A DNA stretch of 64,000 nucleotides from Phoronis australis (Eukaryota; Animalia; Phoronida), in assembly GCA_002633005.1 (NCBI GenBank), contig NMRA01000310.1, positions 458,889 through 522,888 of the forward strand. Direction: 5' to 3'. Made by a program: the position numbers and the translations under genes. The notes under the pieces are model-generated. The model made no database searches and was not told the DNA's origin. It worked only from the letters and a program-made list of their open reading frames with translations. How positions within the stretch are numbered: the first letter of the stretch is position 1; the number at the start of each line of letters is the position of its first letter. Of the stretch, positions 50,322 to 63,400 are shown piece after piece.

Positions 50322-52679
50322 TAATTACTCTGCGCGTGTAAGCGCAGAGTACTGTTGTTCCTGGGTTTTCTTCAATTTTATTCTTCTTATTCTTATTCTT
50401 CTTCCGACCAACTTTGAGGCTCAATAACTCCAAATTGGGTGCAGGTACGGTCTTTAAATTCAGCATATGACTTTTGACAGTATATAAATTTTGATTGGTT
50501 ATATAATCATATTCCATATTGCACCGGAATAGGTCGTTTGGTGCAAAGGTCATATAATTTTCAAAATGCTACTCTTCCTTCAGTTTTAAAGCAATCGTTT
50601 TCAAATTCGGTGCACAGGTATAAGTCAACATGACAATTTAAAAAATTACTTTTCTAAGTAATCGGGTCATCCAATCAGGTGAAATAGGTCAAAGGTCATT
50701 AGGTGCAAACTGAAATTTTGAGCTAGACACTTCAAATTGACTGGTCTGATTGCCACAGGTAAAGCAAATCGGAATTCAAAGTTTCAGGTCATTTAGTGCA
50801 AACATGGGGTCATTGGGTGCATTTTTCTTCTGAAAATTTGACTTTTTCAATCAGCAAGTATGTCAACCGTTAGACAACTGTGATTCTCAGCGTTACACAC
50901 ATTTGCCATGGGCTTTGCAATAATTCTCCTAAAGATGCTTAAAATGCACCGGATAAGGTCAATTAGTGCAAAGGTCATGTAACGTTCAAAATGTTATATG
51001 TCTTACGTTTTTCAAGGAATTCTTTTCAATTTCAGCACACTGGTGTAAGTCAACATGCCAATTGAATACCCTACTTTACTTTGCAATAGGCCTAACCAAT
51101 CAGAAAAAATAGGTCAAAGTTCATTGAGTGCAAACTTAAATTTTGAGCTAGAGACTTCAGAATTACGTATTTGTTTACTAAGTGCGATTGAGTTTGAATT
51201 CTAAATTTTCAGGTCATTTGGTGCACCCATGGGGTCATTAGGTGCATTTTTCTTCAGAAAGTTTGACCACTTCATTCATCTTGTATTCTGAAGTGCTTAA
51301 AGTAAAACATCTGTGATTATTAGCTTTAACCACACTTTTAATCGAGTTAATAATTACTCCCTCATCGGGGCCCATAATGCACCGGAAGGTCAATTAGTGG
51401 AAAGGTCATCAAAAAATTAATATGTAAGTTCTCCTATAATTTTAAAGAATTCCTTTTTATATTGGTAAAGGGGTTGCTGTCAGTAACTTCCCATAATAAT
51501 TCCAGTTCTTCTTATTCTTCTTCTGACCAACTTTGAGGCTTTATTACTCTAAATTGGGTGCAGGTACAGTCTTTAAATTCAGCATATGAGTTTTGACAGT
51601 ATATAAATTTTGATTCGTTATATAATCATATTCCATAATGCACCGGAAGAGGTCATTTGGTGCGAAGGTCATGTAATTTTCAAAATGCTACTCGTTCTTT
51701 ATTTTAAAAGCTAGGTATTCTTTTCAAATTCGGTACACAGGTATAAGTCAATAAGGCAATTAAAAAAAAACTTTTCTAAGTAATTGGGTCATCCAATCAG
51801 GTTAAACAGGTCAAAGGTCATTAGGTGCAAAGTAAAATTTTGAGCTAGACACTTCAAATTCAAAGGTCTGATTGGCACGAGTAATTTAATTTGGAATCCA
51901 AAGTTTCAGGTCATTTAGTGCAAACTTGGGGTCATTAGGTGCATTTTTCTTCTGAAAATTTGACCTTATTCTCTAAGTATACTGATGCGTCAACCGTTAG
52001 ACAACTGTGATTCTCAGCATTAAACACATTTTCCATGGGCTTTGCAATAATTCTAAAGACACCGGATAGGGTCAATTAGTGCAAAGGTCATCTAACGTTC
52101 AAAATGTTATATCTCTTACGTTTTTCAAGGAATTCTTTTCAATTTCAGCACTCTAGTGTAAGTCAACATGCCAATTGAACAACCTACTTAACTACACAAT
52201 AGGCCTAACCAATCAGAAAAAAGCGGTCAAAGGTCATTGACTGCAAAATTAAAATATTGGGCTAGAGACTTCAAAATTACATATCTGTTTACTAAATGTG
52301 ATTGAGTTTGAATTCTAAATTTTTGGGTCATTTCATGCACCCATGGGGTCATTAGGTGCATTTTTCTTCTGAAAGTTTGACCAATTCATTCATGTTGTAT
52401 TCCTAAGTGCTTAAAGAAAAACATCTGTGATTCTTAGCATTAACCACACTTTAAATTGGTTTTACAATTATTTCCTCATCGGGGTGCATAATGCACCGGA
52501 AGAGGTCAGTTAGTGGAAAGGTCATCAAAATATTAACATGTAATTTTTCCTATAATTTTAAAGAATTCCTTTTCATATTGGTAAACGGGTTGCTGTCAGT
52601 AACTTCCCATAACAATTCCTTTAATACACACGCGCAAAGTCCATTATTGTCACGCCGTGACAATAATCTTTCTACTAGT
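50322..52679 (+). mobile_element. HINE/Helentron-type element with internal tandem duplication (2 x ~1.12 kb)
   Basis: 5' palindrome TACTCTGCGC-GTGTAA-GCGCAGAGTA, (TTC/TTA)n tract, 3' subTIR ACACGCGCAAAGT, hairpin ATTATTGTCACG-C-CGTGACAATAAT, terminal CTAGTT; internal copies ~50381-51502 and ~51506-52618. Confidence 0.8.
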
Positions 52680-53167
52680 TAATATTTAACGTTGTATTAT
52701 ATTTTTTGTATACCAGGTTCGTTAATCCCATGCTAACACGTAGCATGATATATGGAGTGAACTTTGCTGTTACATGTGGTTATGTAACCAGTTTTCTTGT
52801 AATGTCAGGAATTGTTTTCACAGAATTTTTTACAAACTGCCTTAAGTTACGGTGATGCTGTTAGTCACCAGTGTTGTAGTGTCATAGGCTCACGTCCGCC
52901 TCATGGTTTAATCGCTGGCAAATCGACTCGCGCTGAGAAAGTTTAATATGGCACGACGGCACATGGCGGAAATCAAACTTCTAGGACTGCTGTCAATATT
53001 TACGCAAAGTGACCAACGGCTACGTTGTTTAATTATCATGGATTTTTTGTTTCAGTTCTTACACCTTGTCCATTGATCTTCACTTCTAATAGTTCATACC
53101 ATCTAAAAGTCTTCTAATACTTTGTACGTTGTATATCCAGGGATACAGTAACTTGTGTAATTTTGCG

Positions 53168-53272
53168 TAATACTCACTTACAGGAGTCCCGCGTTTGAGA
53201 ACCAGTTTTCTCCACTGAATATCGGGCATCAAACTGGTTCTCTCAATGCAAGACCCCTGCCAGTGAGTATTA
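53168..53272. mobile_element. MITE family A copy (reverse)
   Basis: TAATACTCACTTACAGG...CCTGCCAGTGAGTATTA. Confidence 0.7.
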
Positions 53273-54031
53273 ATCAGTTTTGTCCGAAGCAATACGTGTA
53301 GAATGTTCGCTGTAAAAACTATCAACATTTTCCTGTTGTCTCTCACATCACCATATGTATTACAGAGGGAAGAAGGATCAGTCCAAACTCTGGCTGCTAG
53401 ATGACGAAGAAGATGAAGCACAGGAAACATGGATAAGGGGGCCACTCAGTAAGTGGCTGACAGGTGGCAAGCTCTGATTGGTTGGATAAAAGATGCAATT
53501 GCGTGTGACATATAGTGGACATTGGCTTGTGATAGGTTGTGTAACTGTCCATTGGTTGCTGATACACAAAGAGACTTGTGGCAGGCTGTGATTGGCATGC
53601 TAAAATATTGTAAGCTGTGACTGGCCAATTACCTGATGAAGGGTGGCAGGCTGATTGGTTGGCGTTCAAAAATATTGACATTCACAAGCGTTGTGTATCA
53701 AGAAAAATTGCTAACTTTGATTACTCCATACTCAGGGGACATGAATACGGGCGGGGCGAGGGGGGAGGCAAATTTTGATGACTATAAGATTAGTTAGTAC
53801 TGACTGGTTGTCTTCCATGACCCAGCATCTCGGTATGTTTTATTAAACCAGTCAGATGTTAATTGTTTTTTCAGCTCACAATGTTTATATCTTAACAGGA
53901 GTCAACTGTTGACGAACATTGCAAGAATCTGATGTTCTGAAGCATTTATAATAAGTTACATTTGGCTGTTGCCTACAAACAACAGATGTATTTTGAAATT
54001 GACCCTAGGTTATGATAAGAGAGATCTGGAA

Positions 54032-54175
54032 CTGGGGTCTAATCTCTTAACTTGAAACTCTACTCGAAAATTGACCAATTGCATGGTACTCTTACAAATT
54101 TTTATTTAAACAATGCCACCTGATTGGTTAAGTTTAAAATCAGAGTAGAGTCGAAGTTGGGAGATTAGATCCTGG
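54032..54175. mobile_element. ~140-bp MITE
   Basis: GGGTCTAATCTCTTAACTTGAAACTCTACTC / GAGTAGAGTCGAAGTTGGGAGATTAGATCC inverted repeats. Confidence 0.6.
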
Positions 54176-54985
54176 CCCAGGTCACTGTCAGTAACATAGT
54201 CTAGCTTGACCTTTGCATTTTTGCACTGCTGTGGTTGCATTTAATGAACAATATCGATAACAATATCGATCATGTTATTAATAACGTGTGTAATTACTGA
54301 GCTCATCTCACCCTATATGCGTTTGTTCATCTCAAAGCTCATGGAGCATGCCAGACTTACGATAGACGCCAAACATTAAAGTTCGATATCCTGTCATAAC
54401 AGGAACCCGTTCCGTAGACCAAATTTCTCGTAAAAAAAAAGAAAGACCACTCAAGATCTCACAAAATCATGCAAGTGTAAGGCGAGGATTTCATGAATGT
54501 CCTTGCAAAATGGCGGCCACTGAAGTGATTGATTTGTGAGTTATAACTGTTGGACTGAATTCACAGACTCTTTTCCATAAGCGAAGATTTTTCACCACAG
54601 ATGCAAGCTTATACATTATGATCTACAGAATGCAGCCCACATAACGACCTGTCATGAAGGTAATTACAAATCATTTCAGCTACTCTGATCATGAATGTCA
54701 TTTTCCTCAGCACCTTACGCCCCACGCTATGGGGTGAGTTTCCCCGATTTCGCTGATCGGGAACTCGTATTACAGCTGTGTCGTTATCAGTTTGACAGAT
54801 AAGAAGGGTAGAAAGTTGGCAAACCATTGTTAACGTACTCCAGCTATGTCATTGTCTGTGTTCATCTGATAAGCTCACATGAATGTTACTTCCACTTGAG
54901 CTCTGTCGTCATGGTGTTAAATTTTAAAGGGTCATTTTGTTGAATTAGTTTTGTCGTTTATTGTACAAGGGCACCTTGATCTGTA

Positions 54986-55523
54986 GGTGCATCATCATTT
55001 AATGTGTAAGTGCATCATCACTTCATGTGTAAGTGCATCATCACTTCATGTGTTGGTGCATCATCACTTCATGTGTAAGTGCATCATCACTTCATGTGTA
55101 AGTGCATCATCACTTCATGTGTAAGTGCATCATCACTTCATGTGTAAGTGCATCATCACTTCATGTGTAAGTGCATCATCACTTCATGTGTAAGTGCATC
55201 ATCACTTCATGTGTAAGTGCATCATCACTTCATGTGTAAGTGCATCATCACTTCATGTGTAAGTGCATCATCACTTCATGTGTAAGTGCATCATCACTTC
55301 ATGTGTAAGTGCATCATCACTTCATGTGTAAGTGCATCATCACTTCATGTGTTGGTGCATCATCACTTCATGTTCATGTGCATCATCACTTCATGTGTTG
55401 GTGCATCATCACTTCATGTTTATGTGCATCATCACTTCATGTGTTGGTGCATCATCACTTCATGTTGATGTGCATCACCAATTCATGTGTGGGTGCGTCA
55501 TCACTCCATGTGTAGATGCATCA
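54986..55523. repeat. 23-bp minisatellite (GTGCATCATCACTTCATGTGTAA) x~23
   Basis: Head-to-tail array, homogeneous centre and diverged ends, no spacers. Confidence 0.95.
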
Positions 55524-56207
55524 CAACTTAAGCTAAAATGTGTAAGAATATCAATTAACTTTCACTTGACTTCCACGCTTGCTACTCATTTTCTGGTATT
55601 GTTTAAAGTCATAATTTGTCCTAACAAGGACTTTAACCACTATGGGACCTTAGTGACATGTTTGCTTGTTTAGCTAAATATCTACAGTTTAACTTTAGTA
55701 AAAGTAATATATTTTCTGAAAGTAGAAAGATTGTAGAATTTAATTGTAAACATTTTGCCAAGATGTCATTAATTGGATTGTGTGACTATATTTTTAAATT
55801 AATAAATCTTAGCAAAAAGGTTCATTGGTAGCAAAACACCAATATCAATAACATGATCAAATTTCATTTGATAAAAACTTTCAAGGTGAGATCTCGAAGA
55901 CAATATTACTGTTTTCTGAAATTTCATTTCGTTTTCATTTTATGCAACTTTCAAGGTATTTCATAAAAATTATAAAATTTTATTTCCTGGTAGCCCTTCT
56001 TGCAAATGTTTCTTTGAGTGGTTTGGCGGACGGAGATGGATGTCAAAAAAACAACGACACCCAAAAAACAAACTCGAAAACCCTGAACTTAGGGTCACTT
56101 TATCAGGGGCCTGTTTATTGAAGAGATTGTTAGATTGTTGGCTTTTGTGGTCAAGAAAGAGTCAGAAATCTTACTATAAAATAGCCATAAGTTTCAACCT
56201 CGAAACG

Positions 56208-56484
56208 CATGCCCGCACCTAGGGGGCCTCGGGAGGCTCAAATGAGCCCCCCCCCATTAAGCGAACTGGGCAAAAATGTCCGCCTCAGAGAAACAAAAAC
56301 TCCAGAAAATTAAGTAGAAAAACCAGACAAACCGAGTTCACTAAAAATCGAGGAAAGAATTACCAAAATTCGGCGAAGGCACAGTTCATAGCTCTGAAAT
56401 TACGTAACCCGTGAATCTTAGTAAAATGGGCCATATTCTCAAAAATTCGAGCCCCCCCCCATTTTTAGGCTGGGTGCACTCATG
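56208..56484. mobile_element. ~280-bp MITE (hAT-like ends)
   Basis: CATGCCCGCACCTAG / CTGGGTGCACTCATG imperfect TIRs, internal GAGCCCCCCCC twice, imperfect flanking duplication CGAAACG/CGAAAAG. Confidence 0.5.
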
Positions 56485-56593
56485 CGAAAAGTCATTCTCT
56501 CTATATAGTAGTCGATAGAACAGCCGGACTACGGATTTCTGTTTTTGCCATTTCGAGTTGCAGACAGATTTTCGGACTCAACAATAGGGCTTA

Positions 56594-59500
56594 CGGTAAA
56601 GTCGCGCGATTTTCGGACACTCAAAATTTATTCTAATAGAAAAAAATAATTCTTGGACGAATCTCGCGAAACATCATTTTTGTGGTGTCCGAATTTGCCG
56701 GACCTCCACATTTGGGTTTCCGCTTGTGTCCGAATTACGTGGGTGTACATTATTTCCATGAGCGGTCGCAGTAATTAACATTGCCGGCTCGGCTATGACT
56801 CGGTCATTTGATAGCAGTATAATTGCTGGTCAATGAGACTCAAACGGTTTGCGCGATTAATTTTTGAAGAACGGGATTTCCCAATAAGAAATGTGCGTTG
56901 TCGACACACAAAGAACGTTCCTGACAAGTGTTGGTTCTTCTTTTCAAAAATGGGCTTTCTCAATATGAAATATTGGGCTTGCTTTGCCGATGCTCAAAAA
57001 CTGTTCTCGGCAATTGACGATTTTTTTTTTCAAAAATGCGCCATCTCACTTGAAATATCGGGCTGTGTTGTGAAAAAGGAGTGTTCCTGGTGACAAATAG
57101 GGCCTATGAGCTTTCCAACGAGTGGTTCTGGTTTGCGTTGTTGACTCACATGAAACGTTCCAGACACAACTGATGATTCTCTTCTGTAAAATTCGTTTGC
57201 TCAATAAAAAAGTCGAGTTTGCGTTGTCAACGCACAAAGAGCGCCCTGATAAGCGTATTCGACGCACAAAAAGGGTTCCCGACCATTAAAACATGCGCTT
57301 TCTCAATTTTAACGAATTTTGCGTTAAACGTAAGGAGTGCAATGAAGAAAGTGAGGAACAATGACGAGAACAGAGTATATGTTTATATTTGTTAAACGCT
57401 TACATACGCCTGCCAGTTACAAACCGAAACGCAAGTTAACTCTGACATCTCAGAAAGCTCAGTTTCAACATGAAAACTTCGAATAAACTATTACCTAAAA
57501 TAGATTACAAAGACAATCATGAAAGTAAAATGAGTAGTTTCTCATCCACTCGTGATCCCCATTCCTCGCTCTGGTAGTCATCTGAATTGTTGAAGAAGCG
57601 CATCGGACTTCGGACCACTGTCGTTCTACATGTTTAGGCCTACTGCAAACGATGCGAATGTGTCGACCTGTACACTGAGGGCTTCGCGGCGGAAGACACG
57701 ATTAACTAACATATTGTATATAAAATGGCGTGGTCTAAAAATCGAATGCAATTTCAAATGCTACCAACATCAAATTCACCCAACCTTTTTTATAATAAAA
57801 ACCTTTCTCATCCACAGCCTTTGAAACGCCCAATGTTAACTCAGTGATACACTGGCACGTCTTTATGCAACTGAGATGACCTGACACATCTGGGTTCGCT
57901 CACGTTTTTAACCACAGGCTAACTTCTGCTGACAGTGAAAACTCTTGTGAAATCTGTTTGTGGATGAAATGAAACTGATAATCGTTAACATTTTCTGATA
58001 ATCTGGGGCCGTTCCTTNTGCACCCCCCCACCCACTCTGCGAAGACCGTTGTTGCGCACGTTGATACAATAGTCTCCCCGGCAGATCACGACTGTTAGAA
58101 GAATCGACTAGTGACGACCTGAAAAGAAAAACGAAAACATTGGGACAGTATGAACTCATGAAGGACGTAAACCAGCAGGCATTTCAAGAATCGGTCTACA
58201 ATTTATATACTTAATTTTCCACTTCTCCCTTAATATATACTTAACCAATTACAATCCATCTACATGCATGTCGACCGTTTTCATTCCAGTGCATCATATA
58301 TTCGCTACAGTTACGAACAATGGTTCCGATAGTTCTTCCTGTAGGTCTCACATACTGATGGACGTCATACACTTCTGCTAAAATTTAAAGTATGAACAGT
58401 GACGCGAGTTTACTGAAGTCTGATCATAAGTACAGAAATGTTGTTGAAGAATAACAGTGGCTATCTGAAAAGGGGAAATACATAAAATAAAACATGGAAA
58501 CACCAAACAAAAATCAAAACAACACTTACCTTAAACTCGAACGTACTCACCGACTTGCATGAACGGAATGTTAGTTGAACAAGTTAGTAGAACAAAACTG
58601 TCTCAATGAAATTTTCATAGTCTACAGGATTAAGAAGATCCACCGTAGATTTCCGTAAGTCCAGCATAATATATGCCCAGTTTGCGCATCTTACTTTTTT
58701 CCCAAAAATGTACTTGGGATGCATATCTGAGAATAAAAATGCATGTTTGAAATCTACAAATAAAGCTATTCTCACCAGGATATATTTAAGGGGAGCTACA
58801 GCATTTATATTGTGTTTATGTATTCGGCATTGCCGAATAGAGGCTCTGGTGTATTTTTAGATCCGACGTTTGGTTTCCCGAACTTATATACGAAAATCGC
58901 TGGTAAAGCTTTCCAAAATTATTTTCCCTTGCTACAGGTAACGCATCACCTCGGGTAGAAATAGAACAAGAATAATTAGTCATTTCTTTCGAATCACACA
59001 CAATTAAATACACTTGCAGCTGAAATGCTCTTGAAACTATCTTAGGTAATACAAAGATTACGTCTCTTTTTTTGTCTCAGAACTATCAATTGAAGGCGGT
59101 GACATGGACAAGAAGACAAGGTCCTGTGGAACTAGGGGTCGGAAACACCTGTCAGCTTCCAGGCCCGTTGCATCGGACTGCAGGTCCTGTATTCTTGTTA
59201 GCCTACCTCTAGGACCACAAGAAGCAACGACTACCCAATCTGATTCAACTGACTTATCATTTTTGAAATTGGTGGAGGATTTTCTTAGTCGCCGCAGACA
59301 GAGAGTGCCACGGGGTCCAGGTGTCCTTGTCCGGAAGCGTGACTACGTGGATGTACATTAGTATTTGATATGTATTATAGTACAGAGCAAAGTATTTTGC
59401 GGGCGAATGGGCACTGACTTACACAACATAAGACAGGGATGCCATGTCTGTAACAACTGCACGACGGTGCGCCGCGCGCCGTGCTGGGCTTTGTATTGCT

Positions 59501-60682
59501 AAACACGCAACGGCGCGTTCTTACGCGAATGAGCCCTACCAAGAAAACTTTAGAAACTGCACTGAAAAACGAAAGACGTTTGAATTGCATACAGATTTTT
59601 AGTGAAAATTTTTCGTTTCAACCCAAAAATTGCGTTGTCAGAAGCACTGAATGTTGTATCAAGTCAGAGGTGACTCAAGCCTTGCTAATATTCAAAATTA
59701 TTAAGCAAGCCCAGAACCGTTGCACGAAGATTTCAATCATTCGTCGGTATGCAGGTAAGTGGCAGCAAAACTTATTGTCCGACGATAGTTAATCGACTGA
59801 AGAGGAAGAAGCATAAAATCTCCCGTGCACGACGCAGCCTCGGTCGCCGCGGCTCACGCGGTGTGCGACTGTTATGTTTGCTTTGTAACCAGCTTTACTT
59901 TGGCTACGTCTCATTCGGCTGCCGCTGTTACTATCTACACTACTTTGGACGCGCGATATCCAACGGATAGACGTGGCTGTATTTTGCCGGGGGTATGGGG
60001 GGCCTAAACAAAAAATATTTCTCATAGCGTCAAGGATAAAATCCGGACATGTCGTCAGTAGATTTTAGCCACTGATAAGGGCATTTGCGAAGGCCAGGAC
60101 GCCTTAAAAATAAAAAGTTTCGTAAACACGCAAGTTGATGTCAGACGTGCAAGTTCAGTGTCACAGTCGGAAGTCGAACAGCACGGTCTAATTAAACCAG
60201 AGCATATAATTCTTATTGTCACGCTACAACAAAAAGTTGCAACCTTCGGTGTATTTCCCATTTGTATTTTCATCAGAGACTCGGCGATTTTTTTCATAGA
60301 TAAAGCGCCAAACACAAGCTAAATGCAAGACAATCGAGTTATGGTCGTGACATTGTCAAGACAAGGTAAATATTACGGAGCCCGTTATACCGATTCTCGG
60401 ATTCAAGCCTTATAGAGTAGTAATTATCCATTGGACGCTTTAGTCGAGTTTAGTGATATGAGAGTTGCGTCGATCCGAAATTAGCGTTTCTAAAATTTTC
60501 CTTGTCCGATAGTCGCGGGACAGAAATCCGATGTTTATGACCTTGTTCGAAATTCGAGGATCACTGTAAAACAGCTTTTGGACCTTGTACGAATTTCGTG
60601 GACTATGAAAAACTCATTTCGTAAATATTTATTCTTGTCCCAAAAGCACGGCGGGCTGTTCGAAAATCGCGCGACTTTACCG
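56594..60682. mobile_element. 4.1-kb TA-flanked TIR element (Tc1/mariner-pogo-type ends), no recognisable transposase
   Basis: TA|CGGTAAAGTCGCGCGATTTTCGGACA ... TGTTCGAAAATCGCGCGACTTTACCG|TA (26-bp TIR, 1 mismatch); CpG-rich interior. Confidence 0.75.
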
Positions 60683-61835
60683 TAACCTGTTTTCTTGAAA
60701 GAGACTGCCATCTGTAGACAAAGCCAAGAGGAACACCAGGTGGCGAAGCCAAAGTTCACGATTCGTCTCACCAAGGACTGTCGAACAAAAAGCCTTGGAA
60801 ATCGACGTCATTTCTTGAGTACGCTCAAAAATAGCTCTGCAAAATGACAGTTAACGAGAAAGGGAAGCTGAAGAAATGAACCAAAAACCATATTAATTAT
60901 CGCTCTGCATGGCTTTAGTGATACCCAGAACTCGTCTTACGTTTTCGTCTGTAGGCCTAAATGGAGAAAATGTTAGCTACTGACTAGTACGACTATATCA
61001 CAACATAAAGTTAACAAAATGAGTCTCATAAGAATCAATAAATAATATAACTGTGTTCTTAAATCTTACGCTTTCAGTATCTTCACATCACAAATGTCTC
61101 GTTTAGGGTCAACTTCAGACGCGGTTTCCAAATTCAGATCAATCTAGTCCAGTCACGGTTAAGAATTCCCGTAGTTACCTGTGTTTGCACCACCCGATAT
61201 GTTATAGCTTTTAAGATGGTGCATTTGACAAGTTGTGGGTTTTTATCTGGCCGATCAGGCTTTCGGCACTCTTCAAGACTGTCAGGTGAATTTCGACTAG
61301 CACAGGCACGCGGCCAAAATATAGTCATTGTAAAATGCTTTGCTAACTCACTTCCCGGTTCATACCCTTTTCGTAATCTTTCATTTTCTTAATCCTCGCC
61401 AGCAGTTTTTAGCAATATTCGATAAGGTGGAAAAGAATAATGTTCAGGTGTTTTGAAGACACGTGATTTAAATACCTTGACAGAGAAACTACTTAATCAT
61501 TTACCGAGAAGGGTCGAAATTAGCTCCATGATTGGTTTCGGTATCCAGCGCTGGAAGCCTGGCACATGAAATTTATCTATTCTATATATTTATCCTATGT
61601 TTAACAGTTGTTATTCACTCGTTAAACATAACTACACAACTTGAAGCAAACTGATGCTGTAGGACGCGCTTCAGTGACTTCGCCGTTTCCACCAGATCAA
61701 AAGCGGGTAAGATATCTAATTGGTCTGTAAGCTGAAAGTTGGCGTCATCGAGAACCATTCGAATGTCTTATCCGCTTGACCCAGCAAAACCGGCAGAATG
61801 GTTGAAATGTAATTAGGACAAATCTAAGAGAACAG

Positions 61836-62085
61836 GGGCCCGTTCCAAGAAACTGACTTAAGTTCATTTTTTACTTAAGTCTAAGATTTGTCTTAATTTC
61901 CATACTTTGAAACTTCCACATCTGGTGCAATAGTAAAAATTAAGAAAAAACTTTTATCAAAAACTTAATTCAAACTTAAAATCTCTTTCTTGAAATGGTC
62001 TCGAGACAAATTTAAGTTTTATCTTAAAATTTACTAAAACTTAAGATTTGTCAGTTAGCTAAGTCAGTTTTGTTGGAACGGTCCC
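61836..62085. mobile_element. 250-bp Harbinger-type MITE
   Basis: CAG|GGGCCCGTTCCAAGAAACTGACTTA ... AAGTCAGTTTTGTTGGAACGGTCCC|CAG; internal CTTAAG repeats. Confidence 0.75.
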
Positions 62086-62413
62086 CAGGTTTTATGACCA
62101 CTTCTAGTTGCTCAGAGATTGGAAAAACAAGGATTGTAATGACTGCTGTCACTCAATGGTACCAATGGACTTCTATACATTGACTTAGTTGAAGTTCTCA
62201 TCTTACCTTAAGCATCTTAACAACATATGTTCATATGAGGCATCACTCTACCCATGATTAATGTGCAACTCCAAACTATAGATGAGTGCTTCAATCTGAC
62301 ATCACATGTATGTTTGTGCGTGACATCACACAGTTCATATCATGTCTTTGTATTTGGCATCACTACTAAAGTATGTTTGAATATGCGACATCATTGTGTT
62401 TGCAACTCACCAT

Positions 62414-62685
62414 TCCGGGCTAAGGTATTCAGAATTCATAGGGGTAATAAAACAATTGTCTTCTGGACCAGGACTATAAGCCCTTTGTTAAACTGTTTAG
62501 TTAGTCCAACTGGGACAGTTGCATGACTGAGAGCAATATTTAGGAAGAACTGCATTGACTGATCTTGCATGCCAATTTGAAAAGGCCTTTTGTATGTGGA
62601 TGACACCCATGTTTTACAACTACCTGACAGTCAGTGTAATACTCTAAGCCACTATGAGGACTAGGCACCCATCCAAGCCCAAATT
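62414..62685 (+). repeat. Dispersed repeat, homologous to 1360-1600
   Basis: CCCTTTGTT...AGTCCAACTGGGACAGTTGCATGAC...AAAAGGCCT...GGACTAGG. Confidence 0.65.
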
Positions 62686-63311
62686 GACATTGAAGTGTGT
62701 TTAAGTGTGACATTGCACAAGTCACATGGTCTTGTGACAGCACATCACTTGCGTGTTTGTTTGTGACATTGGTGTTTATGCATGGGACATTGCACAATTC
62801 ACATGCATCTGTATATGACATCACATCACACCACAAGTGTTTGTGTGACACATAATGTGTTCGCAATGTGATTTCTCACAACTCACATGGGCTTTCACAT
62901 CTCATCACAATACTGGAACTGATGGTTTTCTGTACGAGACACAATGTGTTTGCAAGCAACATGACATGTATTTGTTTTTGTCATCGCGCAACTGCATTGT
63001 TGCCGACGACATCACACAAGCGGTGTGTGCTTGCGTGTACCATCAGTGTGTTTGCGTGTAACGACACGCTTCTGAAGCGGCATCACCCATGTGCAACTTG
63101 ACACGACAGGCACCACGTGTACTGGTGAGTAATGACCAGCTGTGTGCATACAAGTGAAATGCATGTGCTAATATCAAATACAGAAATACCGCCTGAATCC
63201 TCTGCACAAGAGCCTGAAACATGTATCAACACTGAGTACAGGGTTAATACAACGGCTTCACTGTAATTCTACGTCAGTTTCTGTAATAAACAGGGCTTCC
63301 TCGTGCACTAA

Positions 63312-63400
63312 ATGTACAGCTGTCATGCTGGTCTCCGTTTTATATTAAAACATTATGTACAGCTGTCATGCTGGTCTCGTTTTATATCAAAACATTATGT
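63312..63400. repeat. 43-bp tandem duplication
   Basis: ATGTACAGCTGTCATGCTGGTCTC at 63312 and 63355. Confidence 0.85.

Noticed and set aside
54986-55523. CRISPR-like array or His/Cys-rich metal-binding ORFs (MHHHFMC...)
   Set aside because: Units are head-to-tail with no spacers, there are no cas genes, and the context is eukaryotic; the ORFs are translations of a 23-bp repeat.
59104-59361. 85-aa ORF as a transposase or integrase fragment
   Set aside because: No DDE, HTH or zinc-finger motif is recognisable.
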